Origin: Camelus ferus
Taxonomy: Eukaryota
Reading direction: 5' to 3'
Assembly: GCF_009834535.1 (NCBI RefSeq)
Contig: NC_045697.1
Coordinates: 98,210,001-98,274,000, forward strand
DNA: 64,000 nucleotides
Shown: positions 50,731 to 63,780 of the stretch, one piece after another
How the letters are laid out: each line of letters starts with the position of its first letter
Position numbering within the stretch: position 1 is the stretch's first letter
Program-made: the position numbers and the translations under genes
Notes under the pieces: model-generated
What the model saw: the letters and a program-made list of their open reading frames with translations, nothing else
Database searches by the model: none
What the model was told of the DNA's origin: nothing

Positions 50731-51919
50731 TTATACTTAACTTCTAATAAATTGTTGTGGAATGGCATGAACAAAAGTGGGATCCAGGCAAAACATTCAC
50801 CCCACATCATAACATCGCTAATTTCTAAGGCACAGGTGATTTTGAGCTTTGCAGGCCTATAGTGATACATGCCATATTATAACTGTTTGTCCACTGTTTT
50901 TCTGTATTTAAACAACTATGAAAAACCTCCATGTGTGCAGTGTGCTAAGACACTGTTCAGCCTTTACATGGTATGAAACAATCATAAATACACACAAGCA
51001 CTGAAGCAGTATGAAATACAGTTCGTCCAGAAGGTTTATACCAATTTTTGGTTATAATCCAAATAAAACATTAAATTTAAAGTATCTTCTACATAATTCA
51101 GATACCTAACAACCCATTCAGATACAGACACACACGTTTGACAAAACTAGTCCTTTAGAACAACTGATAGTCAACATTTTTTACCCATTCACTCACACAT
51201 AAGCAGGACTTCTAAAGGAGTCTTCCAGGGTTATGCTCCATTCTGAGTGACTATTTATAACTTTACCTATTTCTTTTCCACTCCAAGAAACATATTAAAA
51301 CACAAGTCACATGAATTCATAAAGATAACCCAGAATATGTTCTAGTTTATTTACAAAGGCATTTTCTAAATGAAATATTTAAATCATAATTAATATTAAA
51401 TTACAGTACACTTTAGAATACTAGGGGTGTAATTGATTTCACTACAGTCATAATCAAAAAGCAAACAAAATTTAGGGAAGCTCTGGAGGAGAGGAGGTGA
51501 TTCACTATTAATTTGGACACAAATTTTATTTCAGAATCACTCATCATTTAGACATCAGAGATAAATTTAAATGGCAAATAAAATATTCACTGCATTATTT
51601 CAAATTGTTTATGCCACTGAAAAATATAAGCTATCTGGTTTAACTCACAGTTCATTTGATCTTGTAGTATGAATTCCCAATACCTTTTTGACCCTAGATG
51701 TGTTATTCCTAAAACAATCTACACATAAAACATATAACTCAGCTCTAAATGGGTTGACTGATGTTACATTTACAAGTTAGATGTCATATGATACATACCT
51801 AATAAATTATTTATCTCAACAAAAATGCTTCCTTATTTAAAGAATCATTTTAATTTTTTGCTTTTCTGCTGGCTGATTTGCACTCTTGAGAATCATTCTT
51901 ATTGTTCGATTCAGTTTAG

Positions 51920-52325
51920 AGGCAGTCATAAAAATTTAAGAGCACAGGGGTTGGGGTGGAAGGATGTATCTTAATGGTAGAGCACATGCTTAGCATGCAT
52001 GAGGTCCTGGGTTCAACCCCCAGCACCTGCAAATAAATAAATACTGAATTACCTCCCCTCTCCAAAAAAAAAAAAAAAGAGTGGGGGGGGTTGGAGTTGG
52101 AGAGGCTTCAGTTCAAATCCTGACTCTGCGGCTTACTCGCTACATGATTTTAGGCTAATCACTGACTTCTCTACACCTCAGTTTTGTCCTTTGTAAAACG
52201 AGCATTTTGATATGACCTTCACATTGTGTGATTAAGTAAGAACCAAATGAGACAATACATTATAAATCACTTCATATACTGCCTGGCACATAGTTAGTGC
52301 TCAGTAAATGTTGCCATTAATTGTA
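51920..52325 (+). mobile_element. MIR SINE split by a Vic-1-like SINE
   Basis: ttaagagcacag | gttcaaatcctgactctgc...cctcagttttgtcctttgtaaaa...tgcctggcacatagttagtgctcagtaaatgtt. Confidence 0.85.
51955..52078 (+). mobile_element. tRNA-derived SINE, Vic-1-like (camelid)
   Basis: tggtagagcacatgcttagcatgcatgaggtcctgggttcaacccc; tail aaataaataaatactgaattacctcccc plus poly(A); degenerate TSD aagag...ggggttgg. Confidence 0.9.
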
Positions 52326-53820
52326 TAATTTGTCAAACTTAGTTAATTCAAATCTCTAATATACTACCATCTATCTCACTATATGATAGAAAGTCTAAAA
52401 CTGGATTGTTGGCCTCGCTCCAAGATGGCAGCAGTATAGTCATATCTTCTGTAGGTATTTGTATTACTTAGCCTGAACTTTTTTCTCAATACCAAGAATA
52501 TCTGGCTAATGTTAGCTCTAAAAAATTTCTGAATGTCAAGTTTTTGCTTAAAAATCAAATAAAATCTGTCACATTGCCATCTTTATAAATGGCCATTGTA
52601 AATCAACTAGACTTTAAACAAATAAATAAATGTAAAAAGTAGCAATTGAAGGTCAATAATTACTGGCACACTGAAATTTAATATTAGTTTGAAAAAAACC
52701 TCTCATTTGTAAGATCAGAACAATTATTTACATTAATGAGAATGAGAATGCATACTTGAGCCAACTAGAAATGAGACTTGGTTCCAGTTTCCAGTCGAAG
52801 GTTCAGGGACATATATTCTTTGTAGGGAAGACTGGACCTTTGTCAGAAAAGCCACATTCTCCTGCCAAGCATTCAGAAACAGATGGACATACAGAGGGCG
52901 GGGGAGCTCACCTACCAAGCTTCATCAAGTGACAACTGTCAAGCCTAGGTTATCCCCAAACCTAGCTAGAATTGTCAGCCAAGGCCTCCTGCCGGGGAAT
53001 CCCGGAGAGTCCATAGGGAAGATCAACACAGCTTCTCTTTGTGAAATCCTCCAAGTGTATCATCAAGGCTCCAGAGGAGAGATTCAAACTTAAGGTATTT
53101 ATTTTCTTAAAAGAGTTGAGGTGCAAGATGCCTGCCTACTGAAAATGAAAGGCTACATTGATAATTACACAGGCTGTGGAAAATTACTGCTGTTCTGAGG
53201 CTGGCTGTGAGGGCGGATAAAAAGTTAAAATGAGTTTTTCTATCCAGGGGTTATCTAATTCCTTCAGCCACCTCCCCAATCCCTGCCTATAGCTTTATAA
53301 ATTTCTCACATTAGAGAGTCTTAAAACAGAAGCCTCTATTTTGGCAAAGATTCATTAATATTCATGTTACGGCCAATTTCTCATACCTGGGTTAGTTACG
53401 CATAATGCTTTAATTCTGGCTTGTAAAAAAAATATTTTAAAAGATACATTCTTTATATTTGTATCATGTATCATATAATTACAGACTACAGGGTACTTTT
53501 TTTGGACATCAAATACAGAGTGTTGTCTTAATCATACAGTTCAGTTCACAGCACGTTATTAGCACTGGTCCATACAAGGCACTGCCTTGTTTTATTTCAT
53601 TCCCTTTTAATTCTCATAACCCACTCACATTCCTTTCTCTCCCCTAAACCAACAGTTGTAATGTGTTTGATGTGTATCTTTCTGTTTACATGTGGTCTTG
53701 CAACATGCATATTGTTCTCTTTTTGCATTTATTTTTATAAAACAGTATCTATTTCCATCTGGCTATTTACTTTTTGACTAAGGTTAATGTTAAAAACATG
53801 ATGCTATGTTAAGAACATCT

Positions 53821-53949
53821 AAAGGACAAAAACCACATGATCATCTCAAAAGATGCAGAAAAAGCATTTGATAAAATTCAACACCTATTTATGATAAAAA
53901 CTCTCACCAAAGTGGGTATAGAGGGAACATATCTCAACAGCATAAAAGC

Positions 53950-53980
<31 letters not shown>

Positions 53981-56230
53981 CAAACCTACAGCCAGCATAG
54001 TACTCAAAGGTGAAAAACTCAAAAGCTTCCCACTAAAATCTGGGACAAGATAAGGCTGCCCACTATCACTACCCCTATTCAACATAGTCTTGGAAGTCCT
54101 AGTCACAGCAATCAGGCAAGAGAGAGAAATAAAAGGGATCCAAATTGGAAAAGAAGAGGCAGAAGTGTCACTATATGCAGGTGACATGATACTATATATA
54201 GAAAACCCTAAAAGGTCCACACAAAAACTACTAGAACTAATCAAAGAATTCAGCAAGGTAGCAGGTTACAAGATTAACGTACAAAAATCAGCTGCATTTG
54301 TTTACACTAACAATGAATCAACAGGAAAAGAAAGTAAAGAAACAATCCCCTTTAAAATAGCACCAAGAGTAATAAAATACCTAGGAATAAATCCAACCAA
54401 GGAGGTGAAAGACTTATACATGGAGAACTATAAAACACTGATTAAGGAAATTAAAGAAGGTTAAAAAAATGGAAAGATATCCCATGCTTCTGGATTGGAA
54501 GAATCAATATTGTTAAAATGGTCACACTGCCCAAGGCAATCTACAGATTTACTGCAATCCCTACCAAATTACCCAGGACAGATTTCACAGAGCTAGAACA
54601 AATCATAATAAAATTTATATGGAACCACAAAAGACCTAGAATTGCCAAAGCATTACTGAAGAGAAAGAAAGAGGCTGGAGGAATAACTCTCCCAGACCTC
54701 AGACAATACCATAGAGTTACAGTAATCAAAACAGCATGGTATTGGTACAAAAACAGACACATGGACCAATGGAACAGAATAGAGAACCTAGAAATGAACC
54801 CACAAACTTTTGGTCAACTAATCTTCAATGAAGGAGGCAAGAATATACAATGGAATAAAAACAGTCTCTTCAGCAAATGGTGTTAGGGAAACTGGACAGC
54901 AGCATGTAAATCAGTGAAGCTAGAACACTCCCTCACACCATACACAAAAATAAACTCAAAATGGATCAAAGACTTACACATAAGACAAGATACAATAAAC
55001 CTCCTAGAAGAAAATATAGGCAAAACATTATCTGACATACATCTCAAAAATGTTCTCCTAGGGCAGTCTACCCAAGCAATAGAAATAAAAGCAAGAATAA
55101 ACAAATGGGACCTGATGAAACTTACAAGCTTCTGCACAGCAAAGGAAACCATAAGCAAAACAAAATGACAACCGACGGAATGGGAGAAAATTTTTGCAAA
55201 TGATGAAACCAACGAAGGTTTGATCTCTAGAATATATAAGCAGCTCATACGACTTAATAAGAAAAAAACAAACAACCCAATCCAAAAATGGGCAGAAGAC
55301 CTAAACAAGCAATTCTCCAAGGAAGAAATACAAATGATCAATAGGCACATGAAAAAATGCTCAATATCACTAATTATCAGAGAAATGCAAATCAAAACTA
55401 TGATGAGGTATCACCTCACACCAGTCAGAATGGCCATCATTCAAAAGTCCACAAATGACAAATGCTGGAGAGGCTGTGGAGAAAAGGGAACCCTCCTACA
55501 CTGCTGATGGGAATGCGGTTTGGTGCAGTCACTGTGGAAAATAGTACGGAGATTCCTCAAAAGACTAGGAATAGACTTAGCATATGACCCAGTAATCCCA
55601 TTCCTGGGCATATATCCAGAAGGAACCCTACTTCAAAAAGACACCTGCACCCCAATGTTCATAGCAGCACTATTTACAATAGCCAAAGCATGGAAGCAGC
55701 CTAAATGTCCATCAACAGATGACTGGATAAAGAAAGTGTGGTATATTTATATAATGCAGTACTACTCAGCCATAAAAACTGACAACAACGCCATTTGCAG
55801 CAACATGGATGTCCCTGGAGAATGTCATTCTAAGTGAAGTAAGCCAGAAAGAGAAAGAAAAATACCATATGAGATCGTTCGTATGTAGAATCTAAAAAAA
55901 AGAAAAAAAGAAAAGGAAAAAGAACATAAATACAAAACAGAAACAGACTCATAGACATAGAATACAAACTTGTGGTTGCCAAGGGGGTGGGGGGTGGGAA
56001 GGGACAGACTGGGAAATTTGTAGATACTGACAGGCATATGTAGAATAGATAAACAATATTATACTGTATAGCACAGGGAAATATATACAAGATCCTATGG
56101 TAGCTCACAGTGAAAAAAAATGTGACAATGAATATACACATGTTTATGTATAAATGAAAAATTGTGCACTACAATGGAAATTGACACAACATTGTAAAAT
56201 GACTATAACTCAATTAAAAAACGTTAAAAA
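53821..56230 (+). mobile_element. 5'-truncated young LINE-1 (2.4 kb): RT C-terminal half, CCHC region and 3' UTR
   Basis: [22 protein letters not shown]...[31 protein letters not shown]-rich 3' UTR and A tail; possible TSD aagaacatctaa / aaaaaatctaa; in-frame stops and a (TA)n insertion at 53950-53978, so inactive. Confidence 0.97.
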
Positions 56231-56353
56231 ATCTAATCTTTTTATTCTGACTGCTGTTTAGAATTTGTGTATTTCCATCGTGTTTTCCCTACTTCCTCTC
56301 TCCATGAAGAAGCCTCCCTACACTGCAATGAACAACCTCATTCTGGACACTTA

Positions 56354-56454
56354 TAGGTGAGAGGACCATGTTGTCCAAGCCAGACCCCTTCTGAGAATGA
56401 ATGGGGGTACTATTATGGACCTGTTCAGGAAAATCAGGTTGTGTGGTCACTCTC
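56354..56454. mobile_element. MER81-like hAT-Blackjack MITE
   Basis: taggtga...gtccaagccagacccttctgagaatgaatgggggtactatta...tggtcactct. Confidence 0.6.
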
Positions 56455-58496
56455 CTTATGGACCTATGCAGACCTTTAGGATCTATATCAAAGGCAGAAT
56501 TCAAATGTTCTAACTACTACTAGATAGTTCACCAGGATACAGCATTAGTCTACATTCCCATCAGAACAGACACAGTTTCCATTTTTTACATTCTTTTCAT
56601 TGTAATATTACCTGCATACATGTTAAGATGTTTTTAAATTTATAATATGTTCTGTGAAAGCCATGTCAAGTAAAACTAAGCCAAATACCTAAACAATTTT
56701 AAAGTCAAAAAATAGAGCATTCTAGGATACACCTACGAGCCAAAAGCATTCTCAGAGCCATATATTCATTTCTCTGCACAACTGATTTTCTCTGCACAAA
56801 GGCATACTGGTAAAGTCTTATATATATCAGCATTTCTGAATCTTTTCTTCCATGAAGATACACTTGATGACATTCACATTTGGAACTACTAAGATTATTT
56901 GTCTAGAGTTCATGACGTGTGTCCACAAGCTGTAAAACCACCTCTTTATTTCCCACTGAACGTTCCCAGCACTGTGTTAGAACAGTAGCCTTGGGAATCA
57001 TGGTGATTTATTTCACTATGTAAATACACTTTGGATCAACCATCCTATAAAAGGAGATCTTCCAAACTGCTAAAGCTTATTCCTTTCAGTGCCCTAAGTT
57101 CATTTTAATTCTAACCATACCTCCACAAGTGATTCAAAAACACAGCTAAGTCCAAAAACAAGTGCCTTAAAATACTGTCCCAGTAGCACCCACCCCACCT
57201 CAACAATTTTTATTACTCCCTGGATAAAGATTTCCACTGTTTGTGGCAGGAAATCTATGAAATGTAGGACTTTTAATAAACCAATCGAAGCCTTAATATG
57301 TTATGGGGTTACCAGGAATCTAGAATCACTGGAAATGTATGACTTGTTCATTGAAGGTATCATAGACCAAGATTATCTGAAAAACTGAAGCTCCAGCAAT
57401 ATAAATATTAAGGTGTCTCCCCATCCCCCAAACATTTTGACATATGGCAGGTGATAATGACAAGAGGTAAAATAGCAGAATGTCAGAGAAGATATCAAAG
57501 TATTAACATGCATGGCAACTTGGTGAACATTTCCTTCTTTGAGATACACCTGAGAATGATATATTACATTCACTTACTGCACCAGGTATCATGAAGGCAA
57601 CAAACTCTCTTAAGAGTCTATGAGCCAGACCAGCCTGTCTTTTTCATGCTACTCTGAATCTTAAGGACCATAACAACTATTATAAGAGTCCAAGTATGTA
57701 AAAAATAGGTATAATCCTAATATTTGGCAATAACAGTAAAGACCAAAACAAATTGCCCCTGCTTTGAGACCTTAAAAAACAGATTTTTTTATATTTCCAA
57801 GTAATGAGTGTCATAAAATCCTTACTCCATGCTTGTCCCCCCTCATCCTAGTGACATATCCTTGACCTCCACATCATCCTTCATGTGTTTCCTTTTGATT
57901 AGTCCAAATTGGGATGCTACCTTTGAAGAGCATCAATACCTGAGGGTGTGTATGGTCAATAACAGAAAATAAGGACTTTGTTAATGGGCTACTTTTGCCA
58001 TCTCTATTGCTAGTTGTGGAGAGCTGATATAGAAGTATCAGTTTTTTATTTTGTATTCAATCACTTCACCAGCTTTTCTTATGAATTCTAACAGTGCTTG
58101 GTTTGGTTTGGTTCTGCTTTCTTTCTTTTTTTTTTTTTATTGTTATCCTTTATACTTTATTAAAACAAACAAAAACCAAAACAGAGTACCTTGATTTCTC
58201 TAGTATATTGTTTGCCCGAAGAGATGTCGTTTCTTTTCTAATGTATACTCATTTTCTTAACATTGTTATTTTCCCACATTTGCAAGTCTCTCCAAAACAC
58301 TGTTGAATACTATAATAGCAATTTCTGTTCGCTCTTGATTTTAGTTGAAATAGTTTCAGTGGTTCCATAATTAAATTGTATTTATTTGGAGGTTTTAGCA
58401 AACATAACTTATCACATTTAAGTAAAAGCCATCTATTACTTGTTTAAGAGTGGCTGCCCACTATCCAAATGCCCTTTGAGCATCAATCCATGTCAT

Positions 58497-58718
58497 CAGT
58501 GGTGGGCCTGAGCTAGCTCACCCAGGCTGAGGAGATCCAACTGTGCAAATCCTTTCTCAACTCCATTCAGTGGTGTCACATTGGCTAAGGGCCGAAGTGT
58601 TTTAAAATGGCCACAATGGAAGTACTTGCACCATGGAAATCAGCCAATGCAACAAATTAAGGCAATTTTTTTTTTTTTGGTGGAGAGTTGTTTGTTCAAC
58701 AGTTACTACATGCCATTG
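58497..58718. mobile_element. MER63A-like hAT-Blackjack MITE
   Basis: TIRs cagtggtg.../...tgccattg; internal gtacttgcaccatggaaatcagc. Confidence 0.75.
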
Positions 58719-58759
58719 GATATTATTATATATAGTCTTTCTCCTTTGAGTTAATTAAC

Positions 58760-58885
58760 ATAATCCATTTGATCAGCAAATACTTACTGAGTAGACAACA
58801 CAGGACAAGTGTTGTTCCAGGTACTGCAGATACAGCAGTTAAAAAACTTGCCAAATTCTTTCCCTCATGCACTTTGATACCTGAT
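58760..58885 (-). mobile_element. L2 3' end
   Basis: cagcaaatacttactgagt...gttccaggtactgcagatacagcagt...ccctcatgcactt. Confidence 0.8.
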
Positions 58886-60036
58886 AGAGTTTATGTTCTA
58901 TGATGTGATTATGCTGATAGATTTCCTGATATTTGATTATATTTTCATTATGGAATAGACCCTAATTGGTCAGAGGGTATATTATTTTGATATACTGCTG
59001 AATTGAATTTGCTTATTTTATTTAGAATGTTTGCATCTATATTCAACAGTGATAACAGCCTTTGGTTGGAGGGGTTCTTTTTGTATTGTATTGGTGAGAG
59101 TTTTGCTATTAATGTTCACCTGTTTCCATAGAATTTGAGGAACTTTCAGTCTCGTTCTGACGTCTGGAATAGTTAAGTAACACTGTAATCATCTGTTCTT
59201 TAAAGGCTGGCTAGAAACTCAGCTGTGAGACCATCTGGACTCGGGTGCCTGTTTTAATAGTCGATCTTTAAATGCCTTTTCCAGTCCCTTCTACAACAAT
59301 GGGTCCAATCAAACATTTTTTCTGTTGATAAAACGTACCTTTTGATCAAAACCATCCATTTCATCTAGATTTTCAAATTTATTACCAAAGAGCGCCAGTA
59401 AGTATTACTTTATAATGTTTAAAGTCCTTCTTCATTTGTGTTTTATCCACTTTGTATTTTCTCTCTCACTCTTCACCAGACTTGTGGAAGATTTCATCCA
59501 TTTAATCAGTCTTTCCATAGAACGAGCCCTTGAATTTATTTTCCTTTCAACTCTGTTTGTTGTTTCTACATCCATTTCAACTTCTATCTTTACTATGTAT
59601 CTTTCCAATATCTTTTGGTTAATTTTATTCTCCTTTTTCTAATTTCTAAAACTGTGTATCAGGTTCCTGTATTTTTAGTGTTAAGAATTACGACATTCAA
59701 TGCTGTATATTTTCCTCTTAATGTAGCTTTTGCTGAAAAAAGATTTTTATATGAATATTTTTGTTTATTATTTCAAGATAGTTTATATCAGTTTGAATTT
59801 CTTTTTTAATTTCAGAGTTAATTATGGGAATATTTCTTAATTTTCAAATAGTTGATACTTTTTCATCACCTTGTTTTTTAATTGAATTATCATTAACATT
59901 TTGACTCTCCATTTTTTTGCCTTTGACTTGGTTAAAGGCTGTGTGGGGGGGGGGGTCAAGTAAAAAATCAATTTTTATAAATATTCCATGAAAATAAAAG
60001 TGTAGATATACCATATGTAGATCTAAAGTCTGAGCA

Positions 60037-60426
60037 TGTTATGGACTGAAATTTGTCCCCCACCCCTAGAATTCATAAGTTAAAGCCCAAACCCCCAATG
60101 AAACTGTATTTGGAGAAAAGGTCCTTAAGGATGTAGTTAAGGTTAAATGAGGTCATGAGGATGGGACCCTGATCCAACAAAACTAGTGTTCACATATCCA
60201 CATAAGAAGACAAAGATACCAGGAGACCACATGAATGGAGAAAAGGCCATGTGAGGACACAGCAAGAAAGCAGTCGTTTCCAACAAGGAGACAGGCCTTT
60301 GGAAAAAACAAACCCACCAACATTTTAATCTTGGATTCCCAGCCTCCAGAACCATGAGAAAATAAGTTTCTGTTGTTTTAGCCACCCAGTGGTGTTTTGT
60401 TATGGCAGCCTTTGCTGCTTAATATA
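60037..60426 (+). mobile_element. MaLR solo LTR (MLT1A-like)
   Basis: tgttatggactgaa...aaggttaaatgaggtcat...ccagcctccagaaccatgagaaaataagtttctgttgtt...gttatggcagcc; 5-bp TSD gagca / gagaa. Confidence 0.92.
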
Positions 60427-61404
60427 GAGAAATAGGGGTAAAAGGTAAAATCATATGTATTGGTTATATTATTTCTATTTTATATATTCTTGCTTACTTT
60501 GGGGTGCTAGATTCAGCCCATTTGGATGATGTGTATGGAAATTTCCCATTATACTTGAATGCTTATCAGGTTTTCCTTGTATTTCTAAGGTTTTTTTTTT
60601 TTGCATTACTTATTTTAATATTCTGATGTTTATTTAGTACAGCCTGATTTATAATTTACTCATAAATTTTGCTTCCCATAATTACATAATCCATATTCCT
60701 ATTTATACTGTTAATGTTTTTTGTCTTGTTTAAGTGTTTTTAACTTTAGTTTGATTAACTATGGTCTAATATTAACACTGCCACTAGTGCTTTCTGTTTG
60801 CTTTTTCTTTAACCCGATTTATGTTTTTAAACATCTTTTCTATCATCCTGCTTTAAATGTTTCTTGTAAATAATACATTTTTGGATTTTATTTTTTTACC
60901 TGATACAACTATCTTTGACAGCCTATTCACATTTAATTTACTAGGTTTTATTTTTGCCCCTAACATTTAGTATCATTTAATTTTGTTGTTTCTTTCCTTT
61001 CTGATTTTGGGCTAATTTAATGAAGTCAGTATTCACTGATTTTTCTTCTTTTTATTTAGACATTTTACTGTACTCTTTACTTCTGCTAGTGACAACTTTC
61101 CTTCTTGAAACTCACAATATGCCAATTATTTCCACCAATGAGATGTTCTATGTCTCATTTGCTCCTGACCCTAACCCAATTAGATCAGACCTTTAGGATA
61201 GCTTGCCTTCTCCACTCTCCCAACCTAATAAAATCTTCAGATTGATTTTACTTCACCTTTCTCACCATATCTAACAAACAAATTGCTAAGCTTTGTTTAA
61301 CTTAGTATTGTGATTTTAGACTATTGTTGTTTCCATTGCAACATGGCTTTTTCACTTCAATAATTTTTGTTTTGTAATTTGTTTTCAGGTATTCTGTCAG
61401 GTAA

Positions 61405-62467
61405 CAGGTATAGCCTGTCTCACTGTGCTTTGCTTTACTGTATTTCACAGATATTGCACTTTTTACAAATTGGTTTGTTGCAATCCTGTGTTGAGCAAGT
61501 CTTTTGACATCATTTTTACCAACATCTTTTGTTCACTTTGTGTCCCTATTCACATACTGTTGACTTTTGCAATATTTCAAACTGTTTCATTATTATTCTA
61601 TTTCTTACAGTGATCTGTGATTGGTGATCTTTGATGTTACTATTGTAATCATATAAGACAGCGAACTTAATCAATAAATACTGCGTATGTTCTGACAGCT
61701 CCACCAACTGGCCACTCCCCCATCTCTCTCCCTACTCCCTGAGTCACAACAATATTGAAATGAGGCCAATTAATAACCCTACAAGGGCCTCTAAGTGTTC
61801 AAGTGAAAGAAGCAGTCACACATCTCTCACTCTAAATCAAAAGCTAGAAATGATGAAGCTTAATGAGGAAGACATGTTGAAAAGGTGAGACAGGCTGAAA
61901 GCTAGGCCTCTTGTACCAAATAGTTAGCCAAGTTGTGAATGCAAAGGAAAAGTTCTTGAAGGAAATTAAAAGTGCCACTCCAGTGAACATGTGAATGATA
62001 AGAAAGTGAAACAGCCTTTTGCTGAAATGGAGAAAGTTTGAGTGGTCTGGATAGAAGATCAAACCAGCCACCTCATCCCCTTCAGCCAAAGCCTCACCCA
62101 GAACAAGGCCCTGACTCTGACTCTCTTCAATTCTATGAAGGCTGAGACAGCTGAGGAAGCTGTAGAAGAAAAGCCTGAAGCTAGCAGAGGCTGGTTCATG
62201 AGGCTTAAGGAAAGAAACCTTTTCTGTAACATCAAAGTACCAGGTGAAGTAGCAATGGCCAATGTAGAAACTGCAGCAAGTTATCCAGGAAATCTAACTG
62301 AGATATAATGAAGATGGCTACATCAAACAACAAATTTTCAATGGAGACAAAACAGCCTTCTTTTGGCTGAATATGCCTTCTAGGACTCCCATAGCTAGAG
62401 AGGAGAAGTCAATGCCTGGCTTCAAAGGACAGCCCAACTCTCTTTTTGGGGGCTAATGTACTAGTGT
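61405..62467 (+). mobile_element. Tigger1 DNA transposon, 5' part with decayed transposase
   Basis: 5' end caggtat...gctttgctttactgtatttcacagatattgc; peptide [25 protein letters not shown]...[13 protein letters not shown] (CENP-B/pogo HTH); start ATG appears mutated; 3' half missing. Confidence 0.93.
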
Positions 62468-62469
62468 AT

Positions 62470-63480
62470 CAGAGTGATCAATGACTTTGAGGAAATAAAG
62501 TAGCCAAAGGACTAAGGAATTCAGGGTAAGGGGTAGACTTCAATTTTATATAGATCATCAAGGAAATATAAGAAAGTAAAAGCAGAGCTAAAACCTATAA
62601 GGAATGAAAGCCTTGTGTGGGAGCACAGTCATGGGTTAGTAAGTTGTAGGGCCGCATTGCGCAGCAGAAGACCGCAGAGCATGCTTCACTTATCTATGAC
62701 ATGAATCTTTGATTCATGAGATTCCTACACTTCCCAGTCCTTTCATTATTTCTTAACAGATCTTAACCTAGAACAGTTTAACCATTTATTTAAATTGCTT
62801 AAGATTTATGACTTAATGCCTTGCTCTGTTCAAATTCCAATGACATATGTCACTCTGTTTGAAGATCGTGCTCAATAAATAAGAGAGTCTAAGGGGGTCT
62901 CAGAAACTTGGTCTCCAGCTCCCTCTCACCTCTCTTGACTTGATAGTCTTCAGTAATCCTTTCATCCACAGTGGGCTTTGCTGGCCAAAACCTACAGCCT
63001 TGGAAGATAAGTATGCCAGGTAGAGGGAGCTTAAGGTCAGGTAGTTAGAGCAGAGTGAATGAACAAGTGGGAGGAAGAGATACAGAGAAGGTAGCAGCAG
63101 CCAGATTATGTAAGCCTGTCTCAGAGGTCTGTGCTGGAGATAGAGAGTTATTGGAATAGTGATGGTATTTAAAATGCTGGCGTTCAATGAGATGGTCAAG
63201 GGAGTGAGTTGTGGGTAGAGAAAGGGTTAACCGCTAAGACCTGGGGTGCACCAACATTAAAGGACTGGGGAAAAGGTATGGAATCAGCAGAGGAGACTGA
63301 GAAGCAGCAAGGAGTGAAGTCGTAAGTAGAGTCACTAGACATGGAATGGAAGACAGTGAAGAGAGACAATTCCTCCCAGGATTTTCACTCCAAAGTAGAA
63401 AAAAGAAATGGGCTAATGCTGGCAAGGGAGTGAGATAAACAAAATGAATGTATAAGATGTTAAAAATAACAGTATGTTAC
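62470..63480 (-). mobile_element. L2 fragments interrupted by an LTR
   Basis: gagatagagagttattggaatagtgatggtatttaaa...gaggagactgagaagcagc. Confidence 0.65.
62616..62996 (+). mobile_element. Solo LTR with 6-bp TSD (probably class II / ERVK-like), 381 bp
   Basis: GCCTTG|TGTGGG...CCTACA|GCCTTG; TATA-like tatttaaa near 62790; AATAAA 62874-62879. Confidence 0.8.
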
Positions 63481-63554
63481 TATGTTGAAGGGATGTAAAT
63501 TAATGCAGTTGTTGGAGGGTGTACAAGTTTCCCTCTAATTTCTTTCCTTTTCTT

Positions 63555-63780
63555 TGTAGCACATTCATGTGGTCCTTTATTACATATCGCAGCCTCCCTT
63601 CAAGTTAGGTTGCTAGGTGACAAGGTTCTGGCCCAGGGCATGCTGGTAGAAGTGATGAAAGCTACTTCCCAGGCCTGGTCTTTATAAACATCCTACAGGA
63701 TGGCACCTTCACATGGTAAGCCACTGAGATTTCATGATTTGCTTGTTGCAGCAGAGAGCTCTAATTATCTTGACTAATAG
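63555..63780 (+). mobile_element. MaLR LTR (MLT1J-like), internally deleted
   Basis: cagcctcccttcaagttagg...gtgacaaggttctggcc...taagccactgagatttcatgatttgcttgttgcagcag...ttgactaata. Confidence 0.7.

Larger units (their letters stand above)
57990..61400 (-). mobile_element. Very old LINE-1 ORF2 remnant (L1ME/L1M5-like) with nested elements
   Basis: atactgctgaattgaatttgc...tttgcatctatattca...tccatttcatctagattttcaaatttatt; strongly T-rich. Confidence 0.75.

Noticed and set aside
55983..56013. G-quadruplex motif
   Set aside because: A standard feature of L1 3' UTRs, not specific to this locus.
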